Source of the DNA: a virus
Taxonomy: Duplodnaviria; Caudoviricetes
Virus record (IMG/VR): IMGVR_UViG_3300012933_000091
Location: 1 to 26,675 of that record
DNA: 26,675 nucleotides
Direction: 5' to 3' (one strand)
The number at the start of each line of letters is the position of its first letter. Within the stretch, counting starts at the first letter, position 1. This document shows positions 1 through 8,872 of this stretch, piece after piece. The translations under genes and the position numbers were made by a program. Below the pieces are notes generated by a model, which was not told the origin of the DNA, did no database searches, and saw nothing but the letters and a program-made list of their open reading frames with translations.

Positions 1-53
1 TTGTTGTAAAACTGAATAACGCCGTATTTCAAAAACTCGTCAAGGGTGAATGA
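1..53 (+). CDS. 3' end of an upstream gene (partial, ...VVKLNNAVFQKLVKGE*)
   Basis: Open frame from base 3 to TGA at 51-53, which overlaps the ATGs of the next gene (ATGATG), suggesting translational coupling. Confidence 0.55.
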   Translation, partial: VVKLNNAVFQKLVKGE

Positions 54-586
54 TGAAGACGTTTTCCGTTGGAATCGTTGGTGTTAAAGAATTGAGAAAT
101 GTTCTTAATGAACTAACTCAAGACTTTGGGCCAAAAGATTCAAAGCGTATTCTTACATCAGCGGTCCGCTTTGCAATGAAGCCAGCCCTTGAGACTGCCA
201 AAGCAAACGTGCCAACAGACACTGGCGCTTTAAGGGCATCATTACGGATTGAGGCTAGAAAGCCAAACCGTAGGGATAGGGCATCAAAGTATGTAGACCC
301 TAATGATGTGGCAATTGCTACGGTGACAACTGCGCCTGGCAAAGTGCTTGCTAAAAAGAGTTTTAAAAACTTAAAGACAGGCAAACGTCAAAAAGGTATT
401 GATAGCGATGCAAGGGCTATTGCAACAGAGTTTGGAACTGCTAAAGTAGCAGCCCAACCATTTTTAAGGTCGGCGTTGGAAAGCAACTCAACGCTGATTT
501 TGAATAGTTTATCTAATGAGATAAAACAATCCATTGAACGCTACAAAGCACGACAATGGCAAAAAGCACTAAAGGACACAACATGA
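50..586 (+). CDS. HK97 gp10-like tail completion protein
   Basis: Motifs PTDTGALRASL and EFGTAKVAAQPFLRSAL typical of the HK97 gp10 family; tail-module context. Confidence 0.88.
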   Translation: MMKTFSVGIVGVKELRNVLNELTQDFGPKDSKRILTSAVRFAMKPALETAKANVPTDTGALRASLRIEARKPNRRDRASKYVDPNDVAIATVTTAPGKVLAKKSFKNLKTGKRQKGIDSDARAIATEFGTAKVAAQPFLRSALESNSTLILNSLSNEIKQSIERYKARQWQKALKDTT

Positions 587-1071
587 ACAAACTAGCATCA
601 GCATTTGGTAAAGACTTTGTTAAAAACAAAGACAAAGTTCGCACACGCACTTTTGACCTTGGCGGTCATACATTCAAAGTTAAAGTCCCACTTACATCCG
701 AATTTGAGATCATGCAAGAACGCATGAAAGTTGTGGATGAAGAAAAGGTGGCAACGTATTACAAAGAGATCACCAAGGATTTGGAGAAGTATCGGGAAAA
801 TCCTGATGCTGATTTGAAGTGTGAATTCTTGGAAGACGACATTGTTGTTGATGGTCGTTCAATGCGTGAGGCTGCAAAGAATAAGATCATTGCCGAAAAC
901 CGTATTACAGAGATGTTTCGCTTACTGGTTCCAGAAGAAAAAGACTTTGACATGGAAACCATTACATACGCAATGGTTGAAGAACTTTTCCCGTTTGCAA
1001 TTCAGATGCAGATTGTTGAATGTATTGGCAAGACGGTTTCGCCAAACTATGAGGCGCAAAAGGGAAAATAA
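583..1071 (+). CDS. Tail assembly chaperone (lambda gpG equivalent)
   Basis: Start likely ATG 583 (AAGGA SD, overlaps upstream stop); acidic helical protein two ORFs before the tape measure; ends in slippery G GGA AAA immediately before TAA. Confidence 0.8.
   Translation: MNKLASAFGKDFVKNKDKVRTRTFDLGGHTFKVKVPLTSEFEIMQERMKVVDEEKVATYYKEITKDLEKYRENPDADLKCEFLEDDIVVDGRSMREAAKNKIIAENRITEMFRLLVPEEKDFDMETITYAMVEELFPFAIQMQIVECIGKTVSPNYEAQKGK
1062..1068 (+). other. Programmed -1 ribosomal frameshift site (GGGAAAA)
   Basis: X XXY YYZ heptamer in the correct phase; the -1 frame is open from 1062 (GKIIGSVRRQVKAYL...) into ORF 1104-1415; lambda uses GGGAAAG at the same locus position. Confidence 0.88.
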
Positions 1072-1415
1072 TTGGGTCAGTCCGTAGACAGGTCAAAGCG
1101 TATTTGACCGCTCACGGAACTGACCCTGATGCGGTAGATGAGGAAACCTTTACAGACATTTGCATCATGTATGCTGATGGGCAGATTGGCAACCGTGGAT
1201 TGTTAGAAACGCTTGGAGGTTTGAAGGGCGCGATTTACAATTACATCAGGCCAGAAAACCAACGCGCCTATACATTACAAGACATGATTCCAAGCGCATA
1301 CGATTACAGTTTCCCGCCATTGCCTGAAAACCAAAAAGCGGAAAAGGTAAGCACAAGCCTAATGCAGTTTATGCAAATGGCTCCAAATGCGCCAGAAGGT
1401 CTTTTTAAGGAGTAA
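1062..1415 (+). CDS. gpT portion of the G-T frameshift fusion tail chaperone
   Basis: ORF 1104-1415 has only a TTG start with no clear SD and is in frame with the -1 slip; lies directly before the tape measure. Confidence 0.8.
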   Translation, partial: GKIIGSVRRQVKAYLTAHGTDPDAVDEETFTDICIMYADGQIGNRGLLETLGGLKGAIYNYIRPENQRAYTLQDMIPSAYDYSFPPLPENQKAEKVSTSLMQFMQMAPNAPEGLFKE

Positions 1416-1420
1416 TCAAC

Positions 1421-3340
1421 ATGGGTATGCTGGCGCGGTTAGGCGTTGTTCTTGGTTTGGATTCTGGAGAGTTCAAACAAGGTATTGAATCTGCTGATAA
1501 ATCGTTATCCAATTTCAGTTCAAAAGTTGCAACTGTTGGTACGGTTTCTGCCGCTGCTTTTGCAGCCATGACTTATAAAGCACTTGCCTATTCAGATGCA
1601 ATTGCTGATGTTGCCAAAGCAAACGACATGGCTATTGCGTCAGTCATGGCGCTTGGTGAAGGACTTGCACAAAACGGTGGTAGTGCAGAAAACGCTGGCA
1701 AGTTAATTTCATCTTTTACATCACAAGTTGACAGCGCAGCCCAAGGTTCAAAAGAAGCGCAAGAGGCGTTTAACCGCCTTGGTGTTTCTTTTAAAGATTT
1801 GGCAAACAAAGACGTTACTCAATTGTTTGACCAAACAGTAAAAGCAATTGCAGAAATTGAAGACCCACTTTCTCGCGCAGCATTGGGTATGACAATGTTT
1901 GGTAAAGCGGGTAAAGGAGTTGACTTTGTAGGTTTGGCAGAAGGCACAGCAGAAGCCCGTGAACAGTTTGCACAATATGCCAAGGCTGTTGAACTTTCTG
2001 CTGAATTGCATGACAAACTTGATGCCAAGGCAACAAAGACAATCATTCTATTTACCAATGCTTTTTTGCCAACCTTGAACTCTCTTTACGATGCTTTAGC
2101 AAAAGATATAAAGGGAATGGAAGGTTTGATGCAAGCCGCAGAATCCGCAGGAAAATTTATTGCTGAAATCTTCTACAACGCTTACACGGTTGTAATGATG
2201 ATGGGCGCTGCTATCACTTTTGTTGGTTCGGCAATCAAAGATATATTTACTGGCAAAGGCATGACCGCAGTTGCTGATGATTTGAAAGTTTATTCAGATC
2301 GTGTAAATGAACTTTGGAAAAACGCAAAAGCATTTCACATGGAAATGGCAAAGCCAGAAGCCAAAGAAGAAGCCAAAAAAGTGGCAGACACAGGACCAAA
2401 AAGAAAAGTAACTCCTTATGTTGACAAAGCAGAAGCAGAACGTAAAAAACGTATGGAAGAAGCCATTGAGATGGCAAAGAAGTTATCTAAAGAATATGAA
2501 CGTCAATCAGATTTTGATTTGGCTCAAATTCGCCGTAAAGCAGAATTAAACGGATTGACAGATAAAGAACGTCAAATTGCCGAATCAATGATGCAAATGC
2601 GTGAACAACTTGAAAGCAAACTTCAGGCAATTGAAAGCAAACGCCAAGATGCAATCATTAAAAAAGAATTAGAACTTGCACAAGAGTTTGAAAATCAAAA
2701 AAAGATTATTTCTGAAAAAAGTGATTTTTATATTGCCGAAACAGAACGAGTGACTAGGGCCATCCAAGAGGAGCAAAACACTTTTGCATTTGGTTGGAAT
2801 CAGGCATTTGCTCAATACATTGAAGATTCTGAAAACGCTGCAAAACGTGGTCAAGAAGTTTTTCAAACTGTCACTGGCAACATGAATGCAGCCATTGATA
2901 ACTTTGTACGCACTGGCAAACTTTCATTCAGCAGTCTTGCAAAATCAATCATTCAAGATTTGATTGCAATTCAACTTAAAGCATCCGTGACTTCAATGTT
3001 TAAGTCTGGATTTAGTATGTTTGCTACTGGTGGTACTGATGTTGGTGGCTATACATCTTCAATGGCTCAATTTGCTGACGGCGGCAATCCTCCAGTTGGT
3101 GTTCCATCAATTGTTGGCGAACGTGGTCCTGAATTATTTGTTCCTCATACTGCTGGAACAATCATTCCAAATAATAGAATGCAATCTGCTTTAGGTGGCG
3201 GTCAAACAGTCAACAACTTTACAATCAACGCAATTGATACAAAGAGTTTTGAAGATCGTCTGTATGGCAGTTCAAACGCTGTATGGGCTGCTAATCAATA
3301 CGCAAACAAATCACTTGCCATTGGGCGCGGAAGGTCTTAA
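1421..3340 (+). CDS. Tail tape measure protein (639 aa)
   Basis: N-terminal LGVVLGLDSGEF, Ala-rich helical/coiled-coil body, lambda-type C-terminal region, FADGG...VGERGPELFVP motif; AAGGAG SD. Confidence 0.95.
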   Translation: MGMLARLGVVLGLDSGEFKQGIESADKSLSNFSSKVATVGTVSAAAFAAMTYKALAYSDAIADVAKANDMAIASVMALGEGLAQNGGSAENAGKLISSFTSQVDSAAQGSKEAQEAFNRLGVSFKDLANKDVTQLFDQTVKAIAEIEDPLSRAALGMTMFGKAGKGVDFVGLAEGTAEAREQFAQYAKAVELSAELHDKLDAKATKTIILFTNAFLPTLNSLYDALAKDIKGMEGLMQAAESAGKFIAEIFYNAYTVVMMMGAAITFVGSAIKDIFTGKGMTAVADDLKVYSDRVNELWKNAKAFHMEMAKPEAKEEAKKVADTGPKRKVTPYVDKAEAERKKRMEEAIEMAKKLSKEYERQSDFDLAQIRRKAELNGLTDKERQIAESMMQMREQLESKLQAIESKRQDAIIKKELELAQEFENQKKIISEKSDFYIAETERVTRAIQEEQNTFAFGWNQAFAQYIEDSENAAKRGQEVFQTVTGNMNAAIDNFVRTGKLSFSSLAKSIIQDLIAIQLKASVTSMFKSGFSMFATGGTDVGGYTSSMAQFADGGNPPVGVPSIVGERGPELFVPHTAGTIIPNNRMQSALGGGQTVNNFTINAIDTKSFEDRLYGSSNAVWAANQYANKSLAIGRGRS

Positions 3341-3342
3341 AA

Positions 3343-3939
3343 ATGTCTTTTCAAACAATCGTTGACATACAACAGTCAATGACGGTGAACAACCGTAGAA
3401 CTATTGGTCAGCAAGTTGCTAGGTCTGGTTACATCACAGTGGCGCAATATTTAACTGCTGTGCCTTGGGTGTTTACTGTTACGCCTCATAACTTTTTGTA
3501 CTACCCACAAGTGCGCGACATTATCCAATCAATTGATAATGCGGACCGTCAAAACCCTGAGTACATTACGTTTGATTCTGCAAACCTTGATTGGTTCACA
3601 GCAATGCGTGGCACTGCAACAACGGCTGTATTGAATGGCACACCAACTCCAAACACACAAACGCTTGCATTGACTTCAAACGGCACATTTAAGGCTGGTG
3701 ATTTTATTGAGGTGAATGGTTATGTTTACAAGGTAACGGCTGATTCTGCTGGTTCATCTGTTGGCATCCATCGGCCTTTGATTGGTACGCCAGCATCAGG
3801 CGCTCCAGTTACGCTTGGTAATAATGTAAGTTTTTATGTTGTGGCTGAATCATGCCCAACATACACATTGAACCCAACTGCTGATGGTGCTTACGTTCAA
3901 TGGGATGGGCCTTTTGTTTTTAGGGAGTACGTTGTATGA
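3343..3939 (+). CDS. Putative distal tail protein
   Basis: First gene after the tape measure; beta-rich, KAGDFIEVNGYVYKVT motif, ends ...FREYVV. Confidence 0.65.
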   Translation: MSFQTIVDIQQSMTVNNRRTIGQQVARSGYITVAQYLTAVPWVFTVTPHNFLYYPQVRDIIQSIDNADRQNPEYITFDSANLDWFTAMRGTATTAVLNGTPTPNTQTLALTSNGTFKAGDFIEVNGYVYKVTADSAGSSVGIHRPLIGTPASGAPVTLGNNVSFYVVAESCPTYTLNPTADGAYVQWDGPFVFREYVV

Positions 3940-4607
3940 CAACAATGAATGCGGTTAACAGCCCGTCAATTCGCCATGCTGAATTTGTCAAACTATCTAT
4001 TGGTCCACTTGGTACGCCAACAGCCGTGTACACATTTTGTAACGCTGCTGGTCCTGTTACCTACGATGGTACAACTTACTCCAATCTTGGTTCATTGCTT
4101 TCTGTTGGCGATGTGCAAAGAGACATTAAAGCAACGTCTGATGACATGACAATTGCCTTAACAGGCATAGACCCAGACAACATTGCTCTTGTTTTGTCTT
4201 CAGACATTAAAGGCTCAATTATTGAAATGTGGCGTGGATTTCTTGATTCAAACAATCAAATCATCACAACGCCAACAGATCAATTTTTTAAGCGTTATCA
4301 AGGCATTATCAACAACATAAGCATTACAGAAAATTTTGATGAACAAGCAAGAATGCGTATTGCAACTTGCACATTGGCTTGTTCAAGTATGCGCCGTATT
4401 CTTGAAAACAGAATTTCAGGAATCAAAACAAACGTCAATAGTTGGCAAACTTTTTATTCTGGAGACACATCAATGAGCCGTGTGGCTGAAATTCAAAGTA
4501 CATTTTTTGATTTTGGCGCACCTCCTAAAGTTCAAACTCAAGCATCTGATTCTTCAACAACAACTACAACAACAGTTGCAGCGGATGATATTACAGGTGC
4601 TGGTTAA
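3936..4607 (+). CDS. Putative minor tail / baseplate hub protein
   Basis: YDGTTYSNLGSLLSVGDV...IALTGI...RYQGII pattern seen in hub proteins; ATGA coupling; position in tail-tip module. Confidence 0.65.
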   Translation: MTTMNAVNSPSIRHAEFVKLSIGPLGTPTAVYTFCNAAGPVTYDGTTYSNLGSLLSVGDVQRDIKATSDDMTIALTGIDPDNIALVLSSDIKGSIIEMWRGFLDSNNQIITTPTDQFFKRYQGIINNISITENFDEQARMRIATCTLACSSMRRILENRISGIKTNVNSWQTFYSGDTSMSRVAEIQSTFFDFGAPPKVQTQASDSSTTTTTTVAADDITGAG

Positions 4608-4609
4608 AA

Positions 4610-5056
4610 ATGATTAGAGAAGCAAACAAATTTGACATTCCAAGGCTTTACGAAATGATGGTTTCGTATGCTAAAGAATCGCCGATACAAATATTACAAG
4701 ATGAATCTAAACATGATGAATCGCACGTTTCTGATTTGCTTTTTACTCTTATCGCTGGCAGAGGTTTTGTTCTTGTTGATGATGAATTAAACGGAATGAT
4801 TGCTGGTATAAAAGCGAGAAACATTTGGTGTCCTGATGTAGTTGAATTGCGTGAACTTGCATGGTGGGTAGAGCCTGAAAAAAGAAACGGAAGTCTTGGT
4901 GGCCGTCTTTGGAAAGCCTTTGATGAAAAAGCAATGCAAATGAAACAAAACGGAACAGTCAATTACATTTGCTGTACTGTAATGACAACTAGCCCAGTTA
5001 TTAGTTATGCCAAGCGTGGATACAAACCGCTTGAAGCCACGTTTTACAAGGATTAA
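4610..5056 (+). CDS. GNAT-family acetyltransferase
   Basis: MIREA start, WWVEPEKRNGSLGGRL (acetyl-CoA binding motif A, R-x-x-x-x-G) and Y-x-KRGY motif B. Confidence 0.82.
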   Translation: MIREANKFDIPRLYEMMVSYAKESPIQILQDESKHDESHVSDLLFTLIAGRGFVLVDDELNGMIAGIKARNIWCPDVVELRELAWWVEPEKRNGSLGGRLWKAFDEKAMQMKQNGTVNYICCTVMTTSPVISYAKRGYKPLEATFYKD

Positions 5057-5058
5057 AA

Positions 5059-8000
5059 ATGCCATCAACTTTAATTGCCTATGGGATTATGGAACTTGGG
5101 ATGACTTATGCAATGGCAACATTTGCTGCCAACATGGTTATCTCGTTTGCATTGTCTTATGTTGTTAATCGTGTGTTTGGCGCAGAAGCACCATCACAAC
5201 AAGATCAAGGTACGCGCCAACAAATTCCACCAAGCACAGCAAATTCAATTCCAGTTGTTTATGGAGATGCTTATTTGGGAGGTACTTTTGTTGACGCTTG
5301 TTTAACAACAAATCAACAAATCATGTTTTATGTAATGGCTATTAGTAGCATTAGCGAAAATGGCACATTTACTTATGACACAACAAAAATGTATTACGGT
5401 GATCGCCTTATTACATTTGGAACTGGTCCTAACGTAGCAAGCCTAACTGACCAAGCAGGAAACGTAGATACAACAATTTTTAACTCTAGTGTTGGCATAA
5501 GTAATTTACAAATTTATTTGTATACATCAAATAATGCTGGAACTATTACCCCTGTAAATACTTCATCAATGCCACCCGATATTATGGGTTCTGCATCTGG
5601 TTTGCCTTCTGGAGTTCAATGGTCTGGTACTCGTCAAATGAATGGTTTGGCTTTTGCTATTGTTCGATTGAACTACAGTCGTGAAGCGCAAACAACACAG
5701 TTGCAGCCAATCACATTTAAAGTTGCACAAAACCTTGGTGGATTAGATCGGGCAAGACCAGGTGATGTTTGGTATGACTACATGACCAACCCATACTATG
5801 GCGGCGCTATTGATACTGCTTATGTTGATACAACAACCCGTGATGCACTAAACACATACTCTGACCAAACAATTACATACACACCTAGCGGTGGAGGTAC
5901 TGCTACACAGCGCCGTTACAAAATCAATGGTGTTATCAATGCTGGTGAAACAGTTTTGAATAACGTAGATAAAATTTTGATGGCTAGTGATAGTTGGATG
6001 GCCTATAACGCGCCAACAGGAAAATGGTCTATTGTCATTAATAAAGCAGAATCAACTGCATACGATTTTAATGATAACAACATCATTGGTGACATTCGCG
6101 TAAGCGCAACTGACATTACAAGTTCAATCAACGCTGTTGAAGCAAAGTTTCCAAATAGGGATAACAAAGATCAATCAGCATATATCAATATTGAAACGCC
6201 ATCTGGTTTACTTTATCCAAACGAACCTGTAAACAAATACAGCATTACGTTTGATTTGGTAAATGATAATGTGCAAGCGGAATACCTTGCAAACAGAATG
6301 CTTGAACAAGCGCGTGAAGACTTGATTGTTGGATTTAGTACAACATACTATGGCATTCAAGTTGATGCTGGCGATGTTGTTTCTGTTACCAACTCAAGTT
6401 ACGGATGGAGCAATAAACTGTTCCGTGTAATGAAAGTTAACGAGGCATCTTTGCCTGATGGAACACTTGGCGCAAAGTTAGATTTGAACGAATACAACGC
6501 ACAAGTTTATGACGACAAAGACATTACCGCATTTACACCTGTGCCAAATAGCGGGTTGCCTTCACCTGTTTACTTTTCTTCTTTGCAAGCGCCAACGGTA
6601 ACTGGTTATCCATCTGCTAGTTCGCCTACGTTTAGTGTTAGCGTTTACATTCCAATTACAGGCCGTATTACGTTTACCACATTGTTTTACACAACTGTGG
6701 CAAGTCCTGTAGCATCTGATTGGAAACAACTTGATTTTGCTGAGACTGTTAATTCGCAACCAGTAACAAACTCCACATCTGGTACGCCTCAATACTATGT
6801 GTTTGCCAATCAGAAATTGTCGGCTGGCACTTACTATTTTGCTTACATTGTTGGCAATGAATCAAGTCAATCATCATTGAGTACAAAGAGTTCTGCATTT
6901 GTATGGACACCTATTGCGCCTACTGGCCCCACGGGTCCAACTGGTAATACTGGACCAACAGGTTCTGGAACTACTGGAGCCACTGGGCCACGCAGTGCAA
7001 GCGGATATATCTACTACAGTCTTGCATCGGCTACTACTCCATCGGCTCCTTCTGCTAGTGGATATAACTTTGATACTGGCGCTTTTAGTTCGCTAAGTTC
7101 AAATTGGTCAACAACATTTACTGCGCCAGACCCTGTAACAAATCCATCAACCGAGGCTGGTTCTAAGTTTTGGGCTGTGCGCTATAACGTAAGTGAAGCA
7201 ACGTATGGAGGAACTCAAACAGTAACCCTTTCATCACGTTTTAACTGGCAAAACCTTGATGGTCTAGTTACGTTTACAAACGTAAGTTCACCAAGCGGCA
7301 CTACTTTTATTGATGGTGGCAACATCATTGCTGACACAGTTACAGTAAACAAATTAGCATCTGGAACTGCAACGATTGCAGCAGGTCAAACATTTAGTTT
7401 GGGCGCTGGTTCAAGTGCATTTGGATATTCTGCAACAGGTGTTTTTAGTTCTACTGTATCTACTGCCAGTGGACTTATTGGCGCTTGTACAAACAATACA
7501 TACGGTTTGGTTGGTATTGCTTATGGCAGCACTACTGCTGGTGTTGGTGGTATTTTTGGCAGGGCTAGAACATCTGGCCTTACCACTTGGCGTTCTATTG
7601 TTAATAATGGTGAATATACATCCGCCATTGTTTGTTCATATTCAGGCGGCTCAGGTGATGCAAAATTATCTGCTCTGATTTCACATCAAACTGATGGAAC
7701 TGGAAATTATTACGGTGGTGTTTTTACAAACATTGTAGACAGCACTGGTGGCTATGTTGCTGTAAATGGTTATGACTTCTATGCTTTTGGCGGTGGAACA
7801 AACTACGGTCCATTTACAGGCGCTCACGATGCTTTAATAGATAAGTCATATACATTGGAAGCGGGAGATATTGTTGCTGATACTGGATTTGCAATTAAGT
7901 CTGGCGTATCAAACACCATTACACAAGTTGTGCCATGCACTTCTGCAAACCAAGCAGGTTCTCTTGGTGTGTTTGTTGGCATCTATAACGATCATGCCCC

Positions 8001-8301
8001 AACTGCTATAAGTGAAGTTGTTGATGGCATCTTGGTTGTGAAGCCTGAGTATGCTCCATTGTTGGTTGATAACAACATCATTGCCGTAAACGCAGTTGGT
8101 GAAGGTCAGATCAACGTCTGTGGTCAAGGTGGCGACATTCAAGTTGGTGACTTTATTGTTTCTAGCGACACTGTTGGTAAAGGAATGAAGCAATCAGATG
8201 ACGTATTACATTCATACACAATTGCCAAGGCTCGAGAAAATGTAACTTTTTCTTCACCAGATGAGGTAATTCAGATTGCTTGTATCTATGTAGGTGGTTA
8301 A
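5059..8301 (+). CDS. Tail tip / host specificity protein (gpJ-like) with short collagen-like linker and C-terminal chaperone-like domain
   Basis: 1080 aa; IPVVYG, RYKINGVI and GDVVSVT...KLFRV motifs of J-like hubs; PTGPTGPTG at ~6920-6990; C-terminal FTGAH...NAVGEG...GDFIVSS...YTIAK...CIYVGG. Confidence 0.85.
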   Translation: MPSTLIAYGIMELGMTYAMATFAANMVISFALSYVVNRVFGAEAPSQQDQGTRQQIPPSTANSIPVVYGDAYLGGTFVDACLTTNQQIMFYVMAISSISENGTFTYDTTKMYYGDRLITFGTGPNVASLTDQAGNVDTTIFNSSVGISNLQIYLYTSNNAGTITPVNTSSMPPDIMGSASGLPSGVQWSGTRQMNGLAFAIVRLNYSREAQTTQLQPITFKVAQNLGGLDRARPGDVWYDYMTNPYYGGAIDTAYVDTTTRDALNTYSDQTITYTPSGGGTATQRRYKINGVINAGETVLNNVDKILMASDSWMAYNAPTGKWSIVINKAESTAYDFNDNNIIGDIRVSATDITSSINAVEAKFPNRDNKDQSAYINIETPSGLLYPNEPVNKYSITFDLVNDNVQAEYLANRMLEQAREDLIVGFSTTYYGIQVDAGDVVSVTNSSYGWSNKLFRVMKVNEASLPDGTLGAKLDLNEYNAQVYDDKDITAFTPVPNSGLPSPVYFSSLQAPTVTGYPSASSPTFSVSVYIPITGRITFTTLFYTTVASPVASDWKQLDFAETVNSQPVTNSTSGTPQYYVFANQKLSAGTYYFAYIVGNESSQSSLSTKSSAFVWTPIAPTGPTGPTGNTGPTGSGTTGATGPRSASGYIYYSLASATTPSAPSASGYNFDTGAFSSLSSNWSTTFTAPDPVTNPSTEAGSKFWAVRYNVSEATYGGTQTVTLSSRFNWQNLDGLVTFTNVSSPSGTTFIDGGNIIADTVTVNKLASGTATIAAGQTFSLGAGSSAFGYSATGVFSSTVSTASGLIGACTNNTYGLVGIAYGSTTAGVGGIFGRARTSGLTTWRSIVNNGEYTSAIVCSYSGGSGDAKLSALISHQTDGTGNYYGGVFTNIVDSTGGYVAVNGYDFYAFGGGTNYGPFTGAHDALIDKSYTLEAGDIVADTGFAIKSGVSNTITQVVPCTSANQAGSLGVFVGIYNDHAPTAISEVVDGILVVKPEYAPLLVDNNIIAVNAVGEGQINVCGQGGDIQVGDFIVSSDTVGKGMKQSDDVLHSYTIAKARENVTFSSPDEVIQIACIYVGG

Positions 8302-8329
8302 AATACGCAAAAGACAAGACACCATTAGC

Positions 8330-8379
8330 CCGTGAGAATCACGGATTTCCAACTGAGTACAGGGAATTGCAATGGCAAT
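8330..8379 (+). promoter_or_regulatory. Structured leader upstream of gene 8372 (hairpins; SD and start codon potentially occluded)
   Basis: CCGTGA-gaa-TCACGG (8330-8344); TTCC-aa-CTG-agta-CAG-GGAA covering the SD; ATTGC-aatg-GCAAT with the ATG in the loop. Confidence 0.4.
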
Positions 8380-8872
8380 CTTCAATAAGAATACGCTGGC
8401 ACAGGTCAGTGGATTCGACAACCCAATTCTTGCGGGTGAACTTGTATGGAATCAGAAAACCTATTGGAATCTGATTTTTACAACGACAGACCCAACCACC
8501 TGCACACCTACGCCTCTTGATTTGACAGATGCTGATGTTGACGCTCAGATTGTTCGCCGTCAACTTTCAAACGTACAAGACACACGCAATGGTCTGACGT
8601 TTGACATTGCCAACTACACGCCAACGCCTGACACTATTCCTTTGACAATCACTAAAACAGATGCTGTAAATGGCGTTTGTACTTTGTCTATTGATAGTGA
8701 TGCTTGGGATTTGATTAACAGTGACCCAGAACTTGAGATTAACGCCATTGACCCTGTTGGTTTTAGTGGTCGTGTAATGGTAAGTTTCCCCGTATCAGGC
8801 GCAACACCTGCTGATGATTCGGTAATCTTCTTGCTGTTTATTGTTCGTTCTGATGGGGTGGTTGTTGTATGA
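8372..8872 (+). CDS. Putative virion structural protein (fibre-attachment / Ig-like candidate)
   Basis: Acidic beta-rich 166 aa; PLDLTD...AQIVRR...GVCTLSI pattern; coupled (ATGA) to the collagen gene. Confidence 0.6.
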   Translation: MAIFNKNTLAQVSGFDNPILAGELVWNQKTYWNLIFTTTDPTTCTPTPLDLTDADVDAQIVRRQLSNVQDTRNGLTFDIANYTPTPDTIPLTITKTDAVNGVCTLSIDSDAWDLINSDPELEINAIDPVGFSGRVMVSFPVSGATPADDSVIFLLFIVRSDGVVVV

